Below are positions 19,556 to 30,184 of a stretch of 64,000 nt of DNA, in pieces; position 1 is the first letter of the stretch, and each line of letters begins with the position of its first letter. This DNA is from Dehalococcoidia bacterium (GTDB lineage Bacteria > Chloroflexota > Dehalococcoidia > Lucifugimonadales > JADFKI01). The DNA is taken from contig CBDBDI010000003.1 of assembly GCA_965203895.1 (NCBI GenBank), forward strand, positions 1,699,975 to 1,763,974, read 5' to 3'. The position numbers were made by a program, and so were the translations under genes. The notes under the pieces are model-generated. The model had not been told where the DNA came from, searched no databases, and saw only the letters and a program-made list of their open reading frames with translations.

Positions 19556-19764
19556 TCCATCGCAAACGCCTTGCCCTTGCGTAACGGATGCGTCGCAGTC
19601 TGCGAAAGCGCGCTCAATAGACATAACCGACGCGCGCTAATAAACGCTGTTGCGGCAGACGGGTTGCGATACGCCGCGCCCGAACCTGCCGCAATCGCGA
19701 GTATGCTATGCCGTAAGACAGCGCACTGATGCGAGCGCATCGTAGCACAGAAACGGAGCGTAGT

Positions 19765-20814
19765 ATGGCAATGCAAACCGAATCGAGAACAAGCAGCGCT
19801 AGGCGCAAGACGCTTTTCATTGGGCTAGGCGTGGCGTTTGCGGTCATACTTGTGGTTGCCGCTGCGGTGTATCTGCGCCAAAGCGCCACGCCCGAAGAGA
19901 TAGCGGCGGCGTATGTAGAGGACAACATAGACGAAATCAGCGAGGAAATCGCGGGCTTGATGGTGTTCCAAGCGCCTATTCTCAGTTCGGTTGTCGAAGA
20001 ATTGGGCGGCGAGTATCTGGAAAACCTTATCTACGATGTAGTGCAATGGGATTACACAGCCGAACAATCCGCCGCAGACGATGCCATTTATGAGGTAACG
20101 GCTACATCGAGCGTGAGCTTGGATTTGGATATAGCGGGACTTGTGGAAGGCAGCGTTCAAGCGTCGTTGCCGTTCCTGATGATTGTGGATATGGACAGGC
20201 AGGCGGTGAGGCGTTCATCCCCGCAGCTTGCGGACGCGTCCTTCGACGCCGATCTGCCGGGCTTGGGGGCGTTGGCGGCGGTCAACGATGCGCTGTCCGG
20301 CGTTGACGCAGCCGCCTCGGCGGCAAGCAAGGCAACCGACGCGCTGTCCAAGATTACAGACGCAGTTCCCGCGCTGCCCGGCGGCGCTACGGACAAAGCC
20401 GCCGGCAAGCCCGACCAAGCGGCGGCGAATGAGACCGCCGCGCCTGCCGAACAATCCGATTCGATGGAAAGCTGCGTGTTCGCCGCGCTGGAGGAAGAAC
20501 TATCGGGCGTTCTCATCGAGAAGATAGAAGAGGCCGACCCCGATACATTGACCGACAAGCAGCGTTGGGAATGGCTTAAGGTATTGGGGCAGGTATCAGG
20601 CAACTACAATGTAATTAATTCCTGCCAAGTGCTGTGGAGCGAACCGATTACGCCCGAAAACGCAGCCAAGCGCAACGAAGCCTTTTATGACGAATGCGCC
20701 AGCGGCTTCGATAGTATCCTTAATGAAGCAGCAATAACTATCGATACGATGAATATGGCTTTGCATACGCCGCCGATATATTGGAACTTCTGCACCGCCC
20801 GTATCCGTCCCTGA
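19765..20814 (+). CDS. membrane-anchored hypothetical protein (single N-terminal TM, Ala/Asp-rich ectodomain)
   Basis: TM helix LFIGLGVAFAVILVVAAAVYL. No recognisable domain. The start is uncertain (19729 or 19765). Confidence 0.45.
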   Translation: MAMQTESRTSSARRKTLFIGLGVAFAVILVVAAAVYLRQSATPEEIAAAYVEDNIDEISEEIAGLMVFQAPILSSVVEELGGEYLENLIYDVVQWDYTAEQSAADDAIYEVTATSSVSLDLDIAGLVEGSVQASLPFLMIVDMDRQAVRRSSPQLADASFDADLPGLGALAAVNDALSGVDAAASAASKATDALSKITDAVPALPGGATDKAAGKPDQAAANETAAPAEQSDSMESCVFAALEEELSGVLIEKIEEADPDTLTDKQRWEWLKVLGQVSGNYNVINSCQVLWSEPITPENAAKRNEAFYDECASGFDSILNEAAITIDTMNMALHTPPIYWNFCTARIRP

Positions 20815-21207
20815 GTTTAACGGATAGGGTGGTTCTGCGTATGCTCTTTGAAAATAGCGGTTCCTGTGTCCGCTATTACCCGCAGTTGTTCTTAGGCAGA
20901 TGGGTGCCTTTCGGGAGTGGATAGCCGACTTAGGGAAGTCCTAAGTAACAACGCCATCCGTTTGCGCCCCACCACCGCCATCACTGCCACCGCCGCCGAT
21001 TTTGTCGTCGACAAGCATATCGACGCATTCCCCCGCCCCAAAACATAACCCCGCCGCCGCTTTAACATATCCGCATAGAGGCGATACAATGCGCTAAAAT
21101 ATAGAGTGAGCGCGGTTATGTGATGCGGCGGCGCAGTCAGCGATAGCGCTGGCGTCGGGTTGCATCAGCGCTGCCGTTAGCGTATTCGGCGGCGCAGGCA
21201 AAGTGCG

Positions 21208-23787
21208 ATGACTACTCCCGTACGACGGCAATATCTGGGCGTCAAGCGCCAACACCCAAACGCAATTCTGCTGTTCCGAATGGGTGATTTCTATGAGACG
21301 TTTGACGACGACGCCCGTACCATTTCGCGCGAACTCGAGATTGCGCTCACATCGCGCGAATTCGGCAGAGGTCAGCGCGTCCCGCTTGCGGGCATACCCT
21401 ACCATGCGCTGGAATCGTACTTGGCGCGCCTCATCAAGAAGGGCTACAAGGTTGCCATCTGCGAACAGACCAGCGATCCCGCCAAATCTAGGGGTATCGT
21501 CGACCGCGAAGTGGTGCGCGTGGTTACGCCCGGCACCATCGTCGAGGATTCGCTGCTGGAGCAGAAGGCGAACAACTACTTGGCGGCGCTGATTGCAGAA
21601 GGCGATGCGGCTGGACTTGCGTATGTGGACATCACCACCAGCGAGTTCGCCACCAGCCAATTCGCGCTGGCGCAGCTCCCTGTTGAGCTTGCGCGCCTAA
21701 TGCCCTCCGAACTGATCGTCCCCGAATCGCACGCCGATATGACGCTTGAGGAAGGCGTTATGCTGACGCAGGCTGCGGATGACGCCTTTCACCCGGACTG
21801 GGCGCGCGAAACGCTGCTGAATCATTTCGGCGTGGCGTCGCTGGAAGGCTTTGGCTGCGAAAACCTGCCGCTTGCGGCGCGCGCCGCAGGCGCAGTCATC
21901 GACTACCTCACGCAAACGCAGCGCAGCGCAGTCGGACAGATAGCCGCGCTGCACACCTACTCCACATCCGAATATATGGTGCTTGACCAGCAGACGCGCC
22001 GCAACTTGGAACTCTATGAGGGCGGGCGCTGGGGCGCAGTCAACACATCGCTGTTTTCGGTGCTAGATCTGACCAAGACATCCATGGGCGGACGGCGGCT
22101 TCGGCGCTGGCTTGGGCAGCCACTGCTCGATGTGGATAGACTGGTTCTGCGTCAAGACGCCGTGGAGTGGTTTCACCGCAGCGCGCTGAGGCGCGAGCGC
22201 GTGATTATGCTGCTGGACGCCGTCGCCGATATGGAACGATTGGTGAACAAGGTGCGCGGCTTCAGTGCCACGCCGCGCGATCTGGTCAGCCTCGCCAACA
22301 GCATCGACGCAGCGCCGAAAATCCGCGACATCCTGCTCGAAGACGAGGACGCCCCGCAGGTGAGCCGAATTGCGGATCGCATCGGGGACAACGGCGAAAC
22401 TTCGGCGCTCATCAAGCGCGCCATAACAGACGATCCGCCGCTGATTGTGGGCGAAGGCAGGGTCATCCGCGAAGGCTTTTCGCCGGACTTGGACGAAGTT
22501 CGCAACGCAACCCGCAGCGCGCAAGAATACATCGCAAGCCTAGAGCAGCGCGAGCGTCGGCGCACCGGCATCAAGTCCCTGAAGGTCGGCTACAACAAGG
22601 TATTCGGCTATTACATAGAGATTAGCAATCCCAACCTATCGCAGGCGCCCAAAGACTATGTGCGGCGGCAGACGCTCGTCGGCGGCGAGCGCTTCATCAC
22701 GCCGGAGATGAAGGAGTACGAATCGCTGATTTTGAACGCCCAAGACCGAGTGAGCGAGATCGAGAATGCGCTGTTTCGACAGGTGTGCCAGCAGGTTGCC
22801 GCCGCCGCCGATCCCATAATGCAGACCGCAAGCGCCATCGCCGGCGTGGATGTGTTCGCGGCGCTGGCGGAGGTAGCCTCGCGCTACGGCTACGCCCGCC
22901 CCGCGCTGAACGAAGGCGGCGCAATAGACATTCGGCAGGGACGGCATCCGGTTGTAGAGCGAATGCTGCCGGAAGGCGATTTCGTCGCCAACGACACAAC
23001 GCTCTCTTGCAGCGACGAGCAGCTCGTAGTGCTGACCGGCCCCAATATGGCGGGCAAGTCAACCTACATCCGTCAGGTTGCGGTGATAACGCTGATGGCG
23101 CAGATTGGAAGCTTCGTGCCGGCCGATTCGGCGACGATAGGATTGTGCGACCGCATATTCACGCGCGTGGGCTTGCAGGACGATTTGGCGATGGGGCAGT
23201 CCACTTTTATGGTTGAGATGGTGGAAACGGCGTCTATCCTGAACCACGCCACGCCGCGCTCGCTGATTGTGCTGGACGAAATTGGGCGAGGCACAAGCAC
23301 ATATGACGGGCTTGCGATTGCGCGCGCCGTAGCCGAGTATGTGCATAATCATCCGCGCTTGGGCTGCAAGACGCTGTTCGCCACGCACTACCACGAACTC
23401 ACGCAGCTTGCGGACACGCTGCCGCGCGCCTGCAACTACAATGTTGCGGTTTCGGAGAACAAGGGCAGGGTAGCCTTCCTGCGGCGCATCGTGCCGGGCG
23501 GCGCGGACAAGAGCTACGGCGTGCATGTGGCGCGGCTTGCGGGAATGCCGAACGGCGTGGTCAACCGCGCTTGGGAGTTTCTAGGCGAACTCGAGGGCAG
23601 CCGCAATCGCGCAAACGGCGCGGCGCGGCGCGGCAGACGATCCGCTAAGCCGGCGCAGCAGATGCCCCTAATAGACTTCACCCCGCCCGTGGTGGACGAT
23701 ATTCTGAACCTCGAAGTAGCCGCTATGACGCCCCTAGAGGCGATCAATAAGCTTTACGAACTCCAGGAACGCGCGCGCAGCGGATAG
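21208..23787 (+). CDS. mutS: DNA mismatch repair protein MutS
   Basis: TPVRRQYLGVKRQHPNAILLFRMGDFYETF, GPNMAGKSTYIRQ Walker A, DEIGRGTSTYDG. Confidence 0.97.
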   Translation: MTTPVRRQYLGVKRQHPNAILLFRMGDFYETFDDDARTISRELEIALTSREFGRGQRVPLAGIPYHALESYLARLIKKGYKVAICEQTSDPAKSRGIVDREVVRVVTPGTIVEDSLLEQKANNYLAALIAEGDAAGLAYVDITTSEFATSQFALAQLPVELARLMPSELIVPESHADMTLEEGVMLTQAADDAFHPDWARETLLNHFGVASLEGFGCENLPLAARAAGAVIDYLTQTQRSAVGQIAALHTYSTSEYMVLDQQTRRNLELYEGGRWGAVNTSLFSVLDLTKTSMGGRRLRRWLGQPLLDVDRLVLRQDAVEWFHRSALRRERVIMLLDAVADMERLVNKVRGFSATPRDLVSLANSIDAAPKIRDILLEDEDAPQVSRIADRIGDNGETSALIKRAITDDPPLIVGEGRVIREGFSPDLDEVRNATRSAQEYIASLEQRERRRTGIKSLKVGYNKVFGYYIEISNPNLSQAPKDYVRRQTLVGGERFITPEMKEYESLILNAQDRVSEIENALFRQVCQQVAAAADPIMQTASAIAGVDVFAALAEVASRYGYARPALNEGGAIDIRQGRHPVVERMLPEGDFVANDTTLSCSDEQLVVLTGPNMAGKSTYIRQVAVITLMAQIGSFVPADSATIGLCDRIFTRVGLQDDLAMGQSTFMVEMVETASILNHATPRSLIVLDEIGRGTSTYDGLAIARAVAEYVHNHPRLGCKTLFATHYHELTQLADTLPRACNYNVAVSENKGRVAFLRRIVPGGADKSYGVHVARLAGMPNGVVNRAWEFLGELEGSRNRANGAARRGRRSAKPAQQMPLIDFTPPVVDDILNLEVAAMTPLEAINKLYELQERARSG

Positions 23788-24038
23788 TTTCCCGCCGCCG
23801 CCGATGAGGCTCGCTTCGCGGCATATGCTATGGGCGCATTCCCGCATCCCGTCTGTACGGCATTCGCATTCGACGCTATATTGTGAAAATTGATACTATC
23901 TATTGCATTTATAATATAGATAACGGAATTTTTTTGTATTATCTTATCCAAGGTTATGTGAAAATCTAAACAGCGGGCGGGCGATGCGCTCGCCGAAAGT
24001 CGGCGATTTCGACTTGAAGAAAGGATGGAACAAGCAAA

Positions 24039-24230
24039 ATGGTACAGTTCAAGGCATGTCCCCGATGTACCGGCGATCTGAAGCTGACGCGGGACATGTA
24101 CGGCAATTACGCCGAGTGCCTCCAGTGCGGCTACACCAAGGACATCCTGCCCGAGCCTAAGAAGGACTTCGACTGGGCGAAGACGCGAGGCAAGCCCGGA
24201 CGCAGGCGGAAGACGAAGGTAGCCGCTTAG
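24039..24230 (+). CDS. small zinc-ribbon protein with basic tail
   Basis: CPRC...(17)...CLQC, and C-terminal KPGRRRKTK. It is preceded by an AT-rich promoter-like region and the RBS GAAAGGA. Confidence 0.55.
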   Translation: MVQFKACPRCTGDLKLTRDMYGNYAECLQCGYTKDILPEPKKDFDWAKTRGKPGRRRKTKVAA

Positions 24231-24255
24231 CCGCAATCATCTCACACATAGTTCG

Positions 24256-24281
24256 CCGTATGCCCGCGGCAGCGCATACGG
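24256..24281 (+). terminator. stem-loop downstream of the zinc-ribbon gene
   Basis: CCGTATGC-N10-GCATACGG, a perfect 8-bp stem. No clear U-tract. Confidence 0.35.
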
Positions 24282-24530
24282 CATATTCCCACACTTGCCA
24301 ATTCTGCAGTTCGACTCCAACCCATCTTCCTGACGCAGCGCGGGACGTATGCCGACGCTTATACATCGCAAGGCATATGCGCGCCTGCGCCCGTCCCCCG
24401 CTACGCATAGCGTCGGAATGGGTTTATCGGACGCAATCCCCTTTATCGCTGCCCGCGCATCTGCTAGGCTTATCGCGCGGCATCATCCGTCGCCGGCGTT
24501 TGGCGTGCATCAGGGGGAACAGGCTTGCGT

Positions 24531-25430
24531 ATGAAACACTCCGTTGTGGTGAAAGCGCCCGCAACCACCGCGAATATGGGCCCCGGCTTCGACTGCCTCG
24601 GCATGGCGCTGGACATATGGAACACCGTCAGCATAGAGACGGGCGCTTCCGGTTTCGAGATTAGCGGCGAAGGCAGTGACAGCCTGCCCAAAGACGCTAC
24701 CAACCTGCTATACGGAAGTTTCGCGCGGGTGTATGAGGGCATCGGCAAGCCCGTTCCGTCGGTTCGGATTCGCTGCCGCAACGAAATTCCGCTGGGGCGC
24801 GGGCTTGGCAGCAGCGCCGCCGCCGTAGCGAGCGGTCTGCTTGCGGCAAGCGAACTCAGCGGCGCGAACATTCCCGCAAATCGACTGCTGGCGCTGGCGG
24901 CGGACATTGAGGGACATCCCGACAACGCCGCCGCCGCTATATTGGGCGGCTGCCGCATTGTGGTCAGCGACAGCGATGCGCTCATCACTGCGGCGGTGCC
25001 CATACCCGCCGAGCTAAAAGTGGTGCTGTTCGTCCCTGAAGTCCCGATGCCCACGGAGCAGGCTAGGGGGATACTGCCGCAAACGCTTGACAGACGGGAC
25101 GCCGTGTTTAACATAGGAAGAGCGGCGCTTTTGGTGAACGCATTCGCGAGCGGCGACCTGACGCATCTGTCGACCGCCACGCAGGACAAGTTGCATCAGC
25201 CGGCGCGCGAGGCTATCTTTTATCCGATGAAGAACATCTTTCGCGCTGCGATGGCGGCCGGCGCGCTGGGCGTGTTCCTGTCCGGCGCGGGATCCGCCGT
25301 ATTGGCGCTGGCGCGCGACCGCGAATACACGATAGGCTATGAGATGGCGGATGCCGCTATGAAATCGGGCGTGGACGGCGCAATAAAGGTTACGCAGCCC
25401 ACGCCGCTGGGAGCGCATGTGGCGGGCTAG
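24531..25430 (+). CDS. thrB: homoserine kinase
   Basis: GHMP kinase: APATTANMGPGFDCLG, PLGRGLGSSAAA. TTG 24525 is an alternative start. Confidence 0.93.
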   Translation: MKHSVVVKAPATTANMGPGFDCLGMALDIWNTVSIETGASGFEISGEGSDSLPKDATNLLYGSFARVYEGIGKPVPSVRIRCRNEIPLGRGLGSSAAAVASGLLAASELSGANIPANRLLALAADIEGHPDNAAAAILGGCRIVVSDSDALITAAVPIPAELKVVLFVPEVPMPTEQARGILPQTLDRRDAVFNIGRAALLVNAFASGDLTHLSTATQDKLHQPAREAIFYPMKNIFRAAMAAGALGVFLSGAGSAVLALARDREYTIGYEMADAAMKSGVDGAIKVTQPTPLGAHVAG

Positions 25431-25671
25431 TCCGCAGCTCGGTCAACGCAATCGCGTCTTGATTGCGAGTGTCTGTCAGCGCCGCCGCTATATGCAATAA
25501 TGGCGTTGCCTATGTTTGACGGGACCGCATAGAGATTTTCAAGTTCTTTGGCAGCGCGCTAATCGGCTATCAAACCGCCGTTTGGGAAGCGTTGCCATCA
25601 TCCAACCTTCCTTTCCCCCTAAGAAAGGGAAGGCGCAAGTTGACCATCCCACGCGAAACGGGAGGGCGAAT

Positions 25672-26223
25672 ATGGTCTATGCGGAAGCCGCAGTCAAGCT
25701 CACATACGAAGACTATGCGAACATTCCGGGCGATGAGCGCTACGAACTTATTGACGGGGAATTGATACTGGCCGTAACGCCCAATGAGATACACCAAAGA
25801 GTCAGCAAGAAATTGTTGTGGTTGCTCATGCAGATAGAAGAAAGCGGTTTCGGATGGGTCTATCACGCTCCGTTTGATGTAGTTCTGTCCGATACGGATG
25901 TTGTACAGCCGGACCTGATGTTCATATCCAAAGAGCGCGCCGGCATCATCACGCCCGCCAATGTGCAGGGCGCGCCTAATCTAGTGGTGGAAGTCCTATC
26001 GCCTTCTACATCTCAGCGCGATTGGACGCAGAAGCGCGATATGTACGCCAAGTACGGCGTGCGCGAGTTGTGGCTTGTGGCGCCCGATGCAAAGCTTGTA
26101 TGGGTTATGGCGCTAACCGACGGCGAATATGCGATTGCGGGCGTGTACAAAGACGGACAAACGCTGATTTCCCCCACACTTGCGGGGTTGACGATTGACC
26201 TGGGCTATGTCTTTGCTGAATAG
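25672..26223 (+). CDS. Uma2-family (DUF820) endonuclease
   Basis: YELIDGEL...PNEIHQRV...VQPDLMFI...APNLVVEVLSPST...KRDMYAKYGVRELWLV. ATG 25672 follows GGGAGGG. Confidence 0.85.
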   Translation: MVYAEAAVKLTYEDYANIPGDERYELIDGELILAVTPNEIHQRVSKKLLWLLMQIEESGFGWVYHAPFDVVLSDTDVVQPDLMFISKERAGIITPANVQGAPNLVVEVLSPSTSQRDWTQKRDMYAKYGVRELWLVAPDAKLVWVMALTDGEYAIAGVYKDGQTLISPTLAGLTIDLGYVFAE

Positions 26224-26303
26224 CCGAATTTCCCGTGACGGCGCAATCGCTTCACTAACACACCGATAACCAACCACCTACAACTTGCAGCCAACATACC
26301 ACT

Positions 26304-27536
26304 ATGCTAATCGTACAGAAATACGGCGGCAGCTCCCTTGCCGATGCGGACAAGATACGCAATGTGGCGCATCGCATCGCGCGCGCTCACGACGATGGCA
26401 ATCGCGTGGTGGCGGTGCTGTCCGCCATGGGCGATACTACGGATGAGCTCATCGACCTCGCCAACCGCATCGCGGATCGCCCGGACGCCCGCGAAATGGA
26501 TGTGCTGCTCTCCACTGGCGAGCTGGTCTCTTGCACGCTTATGGCTATGGCGCTCCGCACTATGGGCTACCCGTCCATAAGCCTCAGCGGCGCGCAGGCG
26601 GGCATTCGCACCGATACCTCATACGGCAGAGCGCGCATTTCGGGCGTGAATCCTTCGCGCATCATCGCCGAACTTGACGCCGGCAATATCGTCATCGTGG
26701 CGGGCTTTCAGGGCATCACTGAGGATATGGACATCACCACGCTTGGGCGCGGCGGCTCGGACACCACGGCGGTTGCGATAGCCGCGGGCGTGAGCGCCGA
26801 CCGCTGCGAAGTCTATACCGATGTCGACGGCATCTATACCGCCGATCCCCGCCTTGTGCCTAAGGCGCGCAAACTGGACGAAATCGGCTTTGAAGAGATG
26901 CTGGAACTCGCTAGTTACGGCGCTAAAATGAACCCGCGCTCCATTGAGATGGGGATGTACTACAATGTGCCTATACTGGTAGCGTCCAGCTTCGCCGACG
27001 CCCCGGGCACGCTTATTCACGGAGATACGGATATGAATACCAATGTGGGCGAGCTTCGCAACCGCGTCAGAGGCATTGCGACCGACGCTAATGTCGCAAA
27101 GATAACCGTGCTTGGCGTGAAAGACCGCCCCGGCATCGCCGCAAGCCTCTTTGAGCCGCTCGCCGCCGCGGACATAAGCGTCGATGTTATAGTGCAGAAC
27201 GCCGGCGTGGACGGCACAACCGATCTCACCTTCACCGTTGCGCGCACTGACTTGACGCGCTCGCTCGAAGTGGTGGATTCGGTTGCGCGCGAACTTGGCA
27301 GCCGGGGGACGGTGAGCGACGATACGCTCGCCAAACTCAGCATCGTGGGCTCCGGCATGCAGGACTCACCCGGCTACGCATCGCGAATGTTTCGTACACT
27401 GGCGGACAAGCGCATCAACATCGATATGATTACCACATCGGAAATACGCATCACCTGCATCGTGAAAGAAGCGCAGGCGGGCGAGGCGGCAAGCGCGCTT
27501 CACGACGCCTTTCGCCTAGACATACCCCAAGAGTAA
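26304..27536 (+). CDS. lysC: aspartate kinase
   Basis: [23 protein letters not shown], two C-terminal ACT domains. Confidence 0.95.
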   Translation: MLIVQKYGGSSLADADKIRNVAHRIARAHDDGNRVVAVLSAMGDTTDELIDLANRIADRPDAREMDVLLSTGELVSCTLMAMALRTMGYPSISLSGAQAGIRTDTSYGRARISGVNPSRIIAELDAGNIVIVAGFQGITEDMDITTLGRGGSDTTAVAIAAGVSADRCEVYTDVDGIYTADPRLVPKARKLDEIGFEEMLELASYGAKMNPRSIEMGMYYNVPILVASSFADAPGTLIHGDTDMNTNVGELRNRVRGIATDANVAKITVLGVKDRPGIAASLFEPLAAADISVDVIVQNAGVDGTTDLTFTVARTDLTRSLEVVDSVARELGSRGTVSDDTLAKLSIVGSGMQDSPGYASRMFRTLADKRINIDMITTSEIRITCIVKEAQAGEAASALHDAFRLDIPQE

Positions 27537-27610
27537 CCGCCGATTTATCCGATTATCGCCGCCGTTGCGTCGGCTTTCAAGACCGGACGAATGAGGCGCT
27601 GACTTGCGCT

Positions 27611-29110
27611 ATGGCAGTACCCCATCTTTCAGTAATCATTCCGGCGTACAACGAGGCGTCGCGCATTATCCCCACATTAGAGGCGGTGTCGCGCTATCTA
27701 GCCGCGCAGCCCTACGCATGGGAGGTAATCGTAGTAGATGACGGCAGCGTCGACTCCACGGCGTCCGTTGTGTCTGACTGGATGGCGCAACGCGACGGCT
27801 TTCAGCTGGAGCGCATCCCGCACGGCGGCAAAGGCGCGGCTGTGCGGCGCGGCATGCTGACCGCCGCCGGCGAAAACCGCTTTATGTGCGATGCAGACCT
27901 CGCTATGCCCGTAGAGCATATAGCCGACTTCCTGGCGCGTATGGCGCAGGGCTACGACATCGTGATAGGTTCGCGGCGGGCGGCGGGCGCTAACCGCTAC
28001 GACAAATCCGCAACCGGACATCTGCGCACGCGCGTGTTCAACCTTTGGGTTCAATCTTTGGCGCTGCGCGGCTTCCAAGATACGCAGTGCGGTTTCAAGT
28101 GCTTCAGCGCCCACGCCGCACAACTATTCGCGCTTCAGCGCACAAGCGGCTGGGGATTCGATGTAGAAGTCTTGTATCTGGCGTCCAAGCGCGGGATGCG
28201 TATCTTGGAAATGCCGATTGACTGGTATCACACCGATGACAGCAGAGTGAACACCACGGCGCCGCTCACGATGATGCGCGATGTGCTGGCGCTGCGCTGG
28301 CGCGATCTGCGCGGCGAATACGCCGTTGCCCGCCATCCAAGCGCCTCAACCCGTCGGATGGATGCGGCAACGCCTGCTAGGCATGCAACTGTTGCGATTG
28401 TAACCCCCACCTACAACGAAGCGGACAATCTGCCCGCATTGGCGCAGCGCGTCTTCGCGCTTGACATTCCTGACATCACACTTATCATCGTGGACGATAA
28501 TTCGCCGGACGGCACGGGCGAAGTGGCGCGCGGCATCAGCGGTCAGTTCGGCAATCGCTTGCATCTGATAGAGCGCGAAGCCAAGAACGGCTTGGGAACG
28601 GCGTATCTGGACGGATTCGCGTATGCGATAGCGCAGGGCGCGGACTATGTGCTGCAGATGGACGCCGATCTGTCGCACGCCCCGGAGTACATCCCCACAT
28701 TCTTGGACGCGCTGCGGGACGCCGACGTGGTGATAGGCTCCCGCTATACGCAGGGCGGCGCGGTGGCGAAGGACTGGCGGCGCAGTCGGCAGCTGCTCAG
28801 CGCATTCGCCAACATCGTCATACGCATCGTCGCCGGTGTCAAGGTGAAGGACTGCACAACCGGCTTCAAGGCGTTTCGCTCCGATGCGCTGCGCGCGCTC
28901 GATTTGGAGCAGTTTCGCTGCAAAGGCTACGGCTTTCAGGTGGAAGTCGCCTACGCTTGCCAGCGCCGCGGCTATCGCGTCGTGGAATATCCGATTACCT
29001 TCTACGACCGCGCGCGCGGCGAATCCAAACTCTCCCTGGGCATAATTGTGGAAGTGCTTTGGTGGCTTATGACGCTGCCTTTCAGGAAAAAGGCGCACAG
29101 AAGCCTTTAA
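27611..29110 (+). CDS. fusion of two family-2 glycosyltransferase domains (dolichyl-P-glucose-synthase-like plus polyprenol-P-mannose-synthase-like)
   Basis: Domain 1 is SVIIPAYNEASRI...VVDDGSVDST...DADL. Domain 2 is VAIVTPTYNEADNL...IVDDNSPDGT...MDADLSH. The linker is ARHPSASTRRMDAATPARH. Confidence 0.8.
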   Translation: MAVPHLSVIIPAYNEASRIIPTLEAVSRYLAAQPYAWEVIVVDDGSVDSTASVVSDWMAQRDGFQLERIPHGGKGAAVRRGMLTAAGENRFMCDADLAMPVEHIADFLARMAQGYDIVIGSRRAAGANRYDKSATGHLRTRVFNLWVQSLALRGFQDTQCGFKCFSAHAAQLFALQRTSGWGFDVEVLYLASKRGMRILEMPIDWYHTDDSRVNTTAPLTMMRDVLALRWRDLRGEYAVARHPSASTRRMDAATPARHATVAIVTPTYNEADNLPALAQRVFALDIPDITLIIVDDNSPDGTGEVARGISGQFGNRLHLIEREAKNGLGTAYLDGFAYAIAQGADYVLQMDADLSHAPEYIPTFLDALRDADVVIGSRYTQGGAVAKDWRRSRQLLSAFANIVIRIVAGVKVKDCTTGFKAFRSDALRALDLEQFRCKGYGFQVEVAYACQRRGYRVVEYPITFYDRARGESKLSLGIIVEVLWWLMTLPFRKKAHRSL

Positions 29111-29240
29111 CTATTCGGATATGCGCAATCTAATACTTTTACAAGAGAAAACCCTTTGCGGCAACCGCCGTATGTGATACTTTTCACATTCTGAATACAC
29201 TGAACGCCTAGATACACTGGAGCAAGACAGGACAGACGAT

Positions 29241-30092
29241 ATGCAAAAACTCGTTGACAGACAGACCGAAGATGTCAGGCGGGAGCGCGCCCGCAAGGCG
29301 GTTGCGCTTGCTATGAGAAGCCGCTGGGAAGAAGCCGCAATGACCAACCGCGCCATCTTGCGCGACTTCCCCGACGACATGGAGGCGCAGAACAGGCTGG
29401 GCAAAGCGCTCAGCGAACTCGGACACGTCCGGGAAGCGAAGCAGGCGTTCCAGCGAGCGCTCGAAATCGAGCCGCACAACGGCATCGCGCGCAAGAACCT
29501 CGACCGGCTTATGAGCCTCAGCGACCACGATGCGCCGCGCCCCGTCGGCACCGTCAAGGCGGCGGCAAGAGTGTTTATAGAGGACAGCGGCAAGTCCACC
29601 ACCACATCGCTGATAAACCTTGCCGTGCCGCAAACGCTGCTGAAGCTGGCGCCGGGGCATGTGGTCAGCCTTGCGATGGAAAACGGCCGCGTCAAGGTTG
29701 TGGACCCTGAGGGCAACTACATCGGCAGCGTGGAGCCGAAGTTGGCGGCGCGGCTTGCTCGAATGATGCGCGGCGGCAATCGCTACGAAGCCACCGTTAC
29801 CGGCTCAGGCTTCCAGGAGCTGACGATTATCATCCGCGAAACCTTCAAGCACCCCTCGCAGGCGGGCGCTGTGTCCTTCCCCTCGCGCGGGACATCCGAT
29901 TACCGCGCCTATATGCCGGTGGCGGCGCTTAACTACGATGAAGACGAACCGCGCTCAGTTTCACTTCCCGGACATCTCTTCAAAGACTGGTCGGACGACG
30001 ACACCGAGCCGGGCGACGACAGCGCTTTTGCGCCCGTAATTCACCGCATCATAAACGCCACCGGCGAGGATATGACGGCCGACGATTTCTAA
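29241..30092 (+). CDS. TPR-repeat protein with uncharacterised C-terminal domain
   Basis: TPR-like EAQNRLGKALSELGHVREAKQAFQRALEIEPHNGIARKNLDRL. The C-terminal half has no confident assignment. Confidence 0.6.
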   Translation: MQKLVDRQTEDVRRERARKAVALAMRSRWEEAAMTNRAILRDFPDDMEAQNRLGKALSELGHVREAKQAFQRALEIEPHNGIARKNLDRLMSLSDHDAPRPVGTVKAAARVFIEDSGKSTTTSLINLAVPQTLLKLAPGHVVSLAMENGRVKVVDPEGNYIGSVEPKLAARLARMMRGGNRYEATVTGSGFQELTIIIRETFKHPSQAGAVSFPSRGTSDYRAYMPVAALNYDEDEPRSVSLPGHLFKDWSDDDTEPGDDSAFAPVIHRIINATGEDMTADDF

Positions 30093-30184
30093 TCAGCGCG
30101 CTTGGCGATGAGCCGCCTATCTTGCGCTTGCGGCAACGGCACGGCCAAGCCAACAACGCAGTTCGGCAGCGTTTCGCGGGGCAC

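Noticed and set aside
24309-24318. GTTCGACTCC T-loop-like sequence upstream of thrB (possible tRNA)
   Set aside because: The flanking bases cannot form a T stem, an acceptor stem or an anticodon arm.
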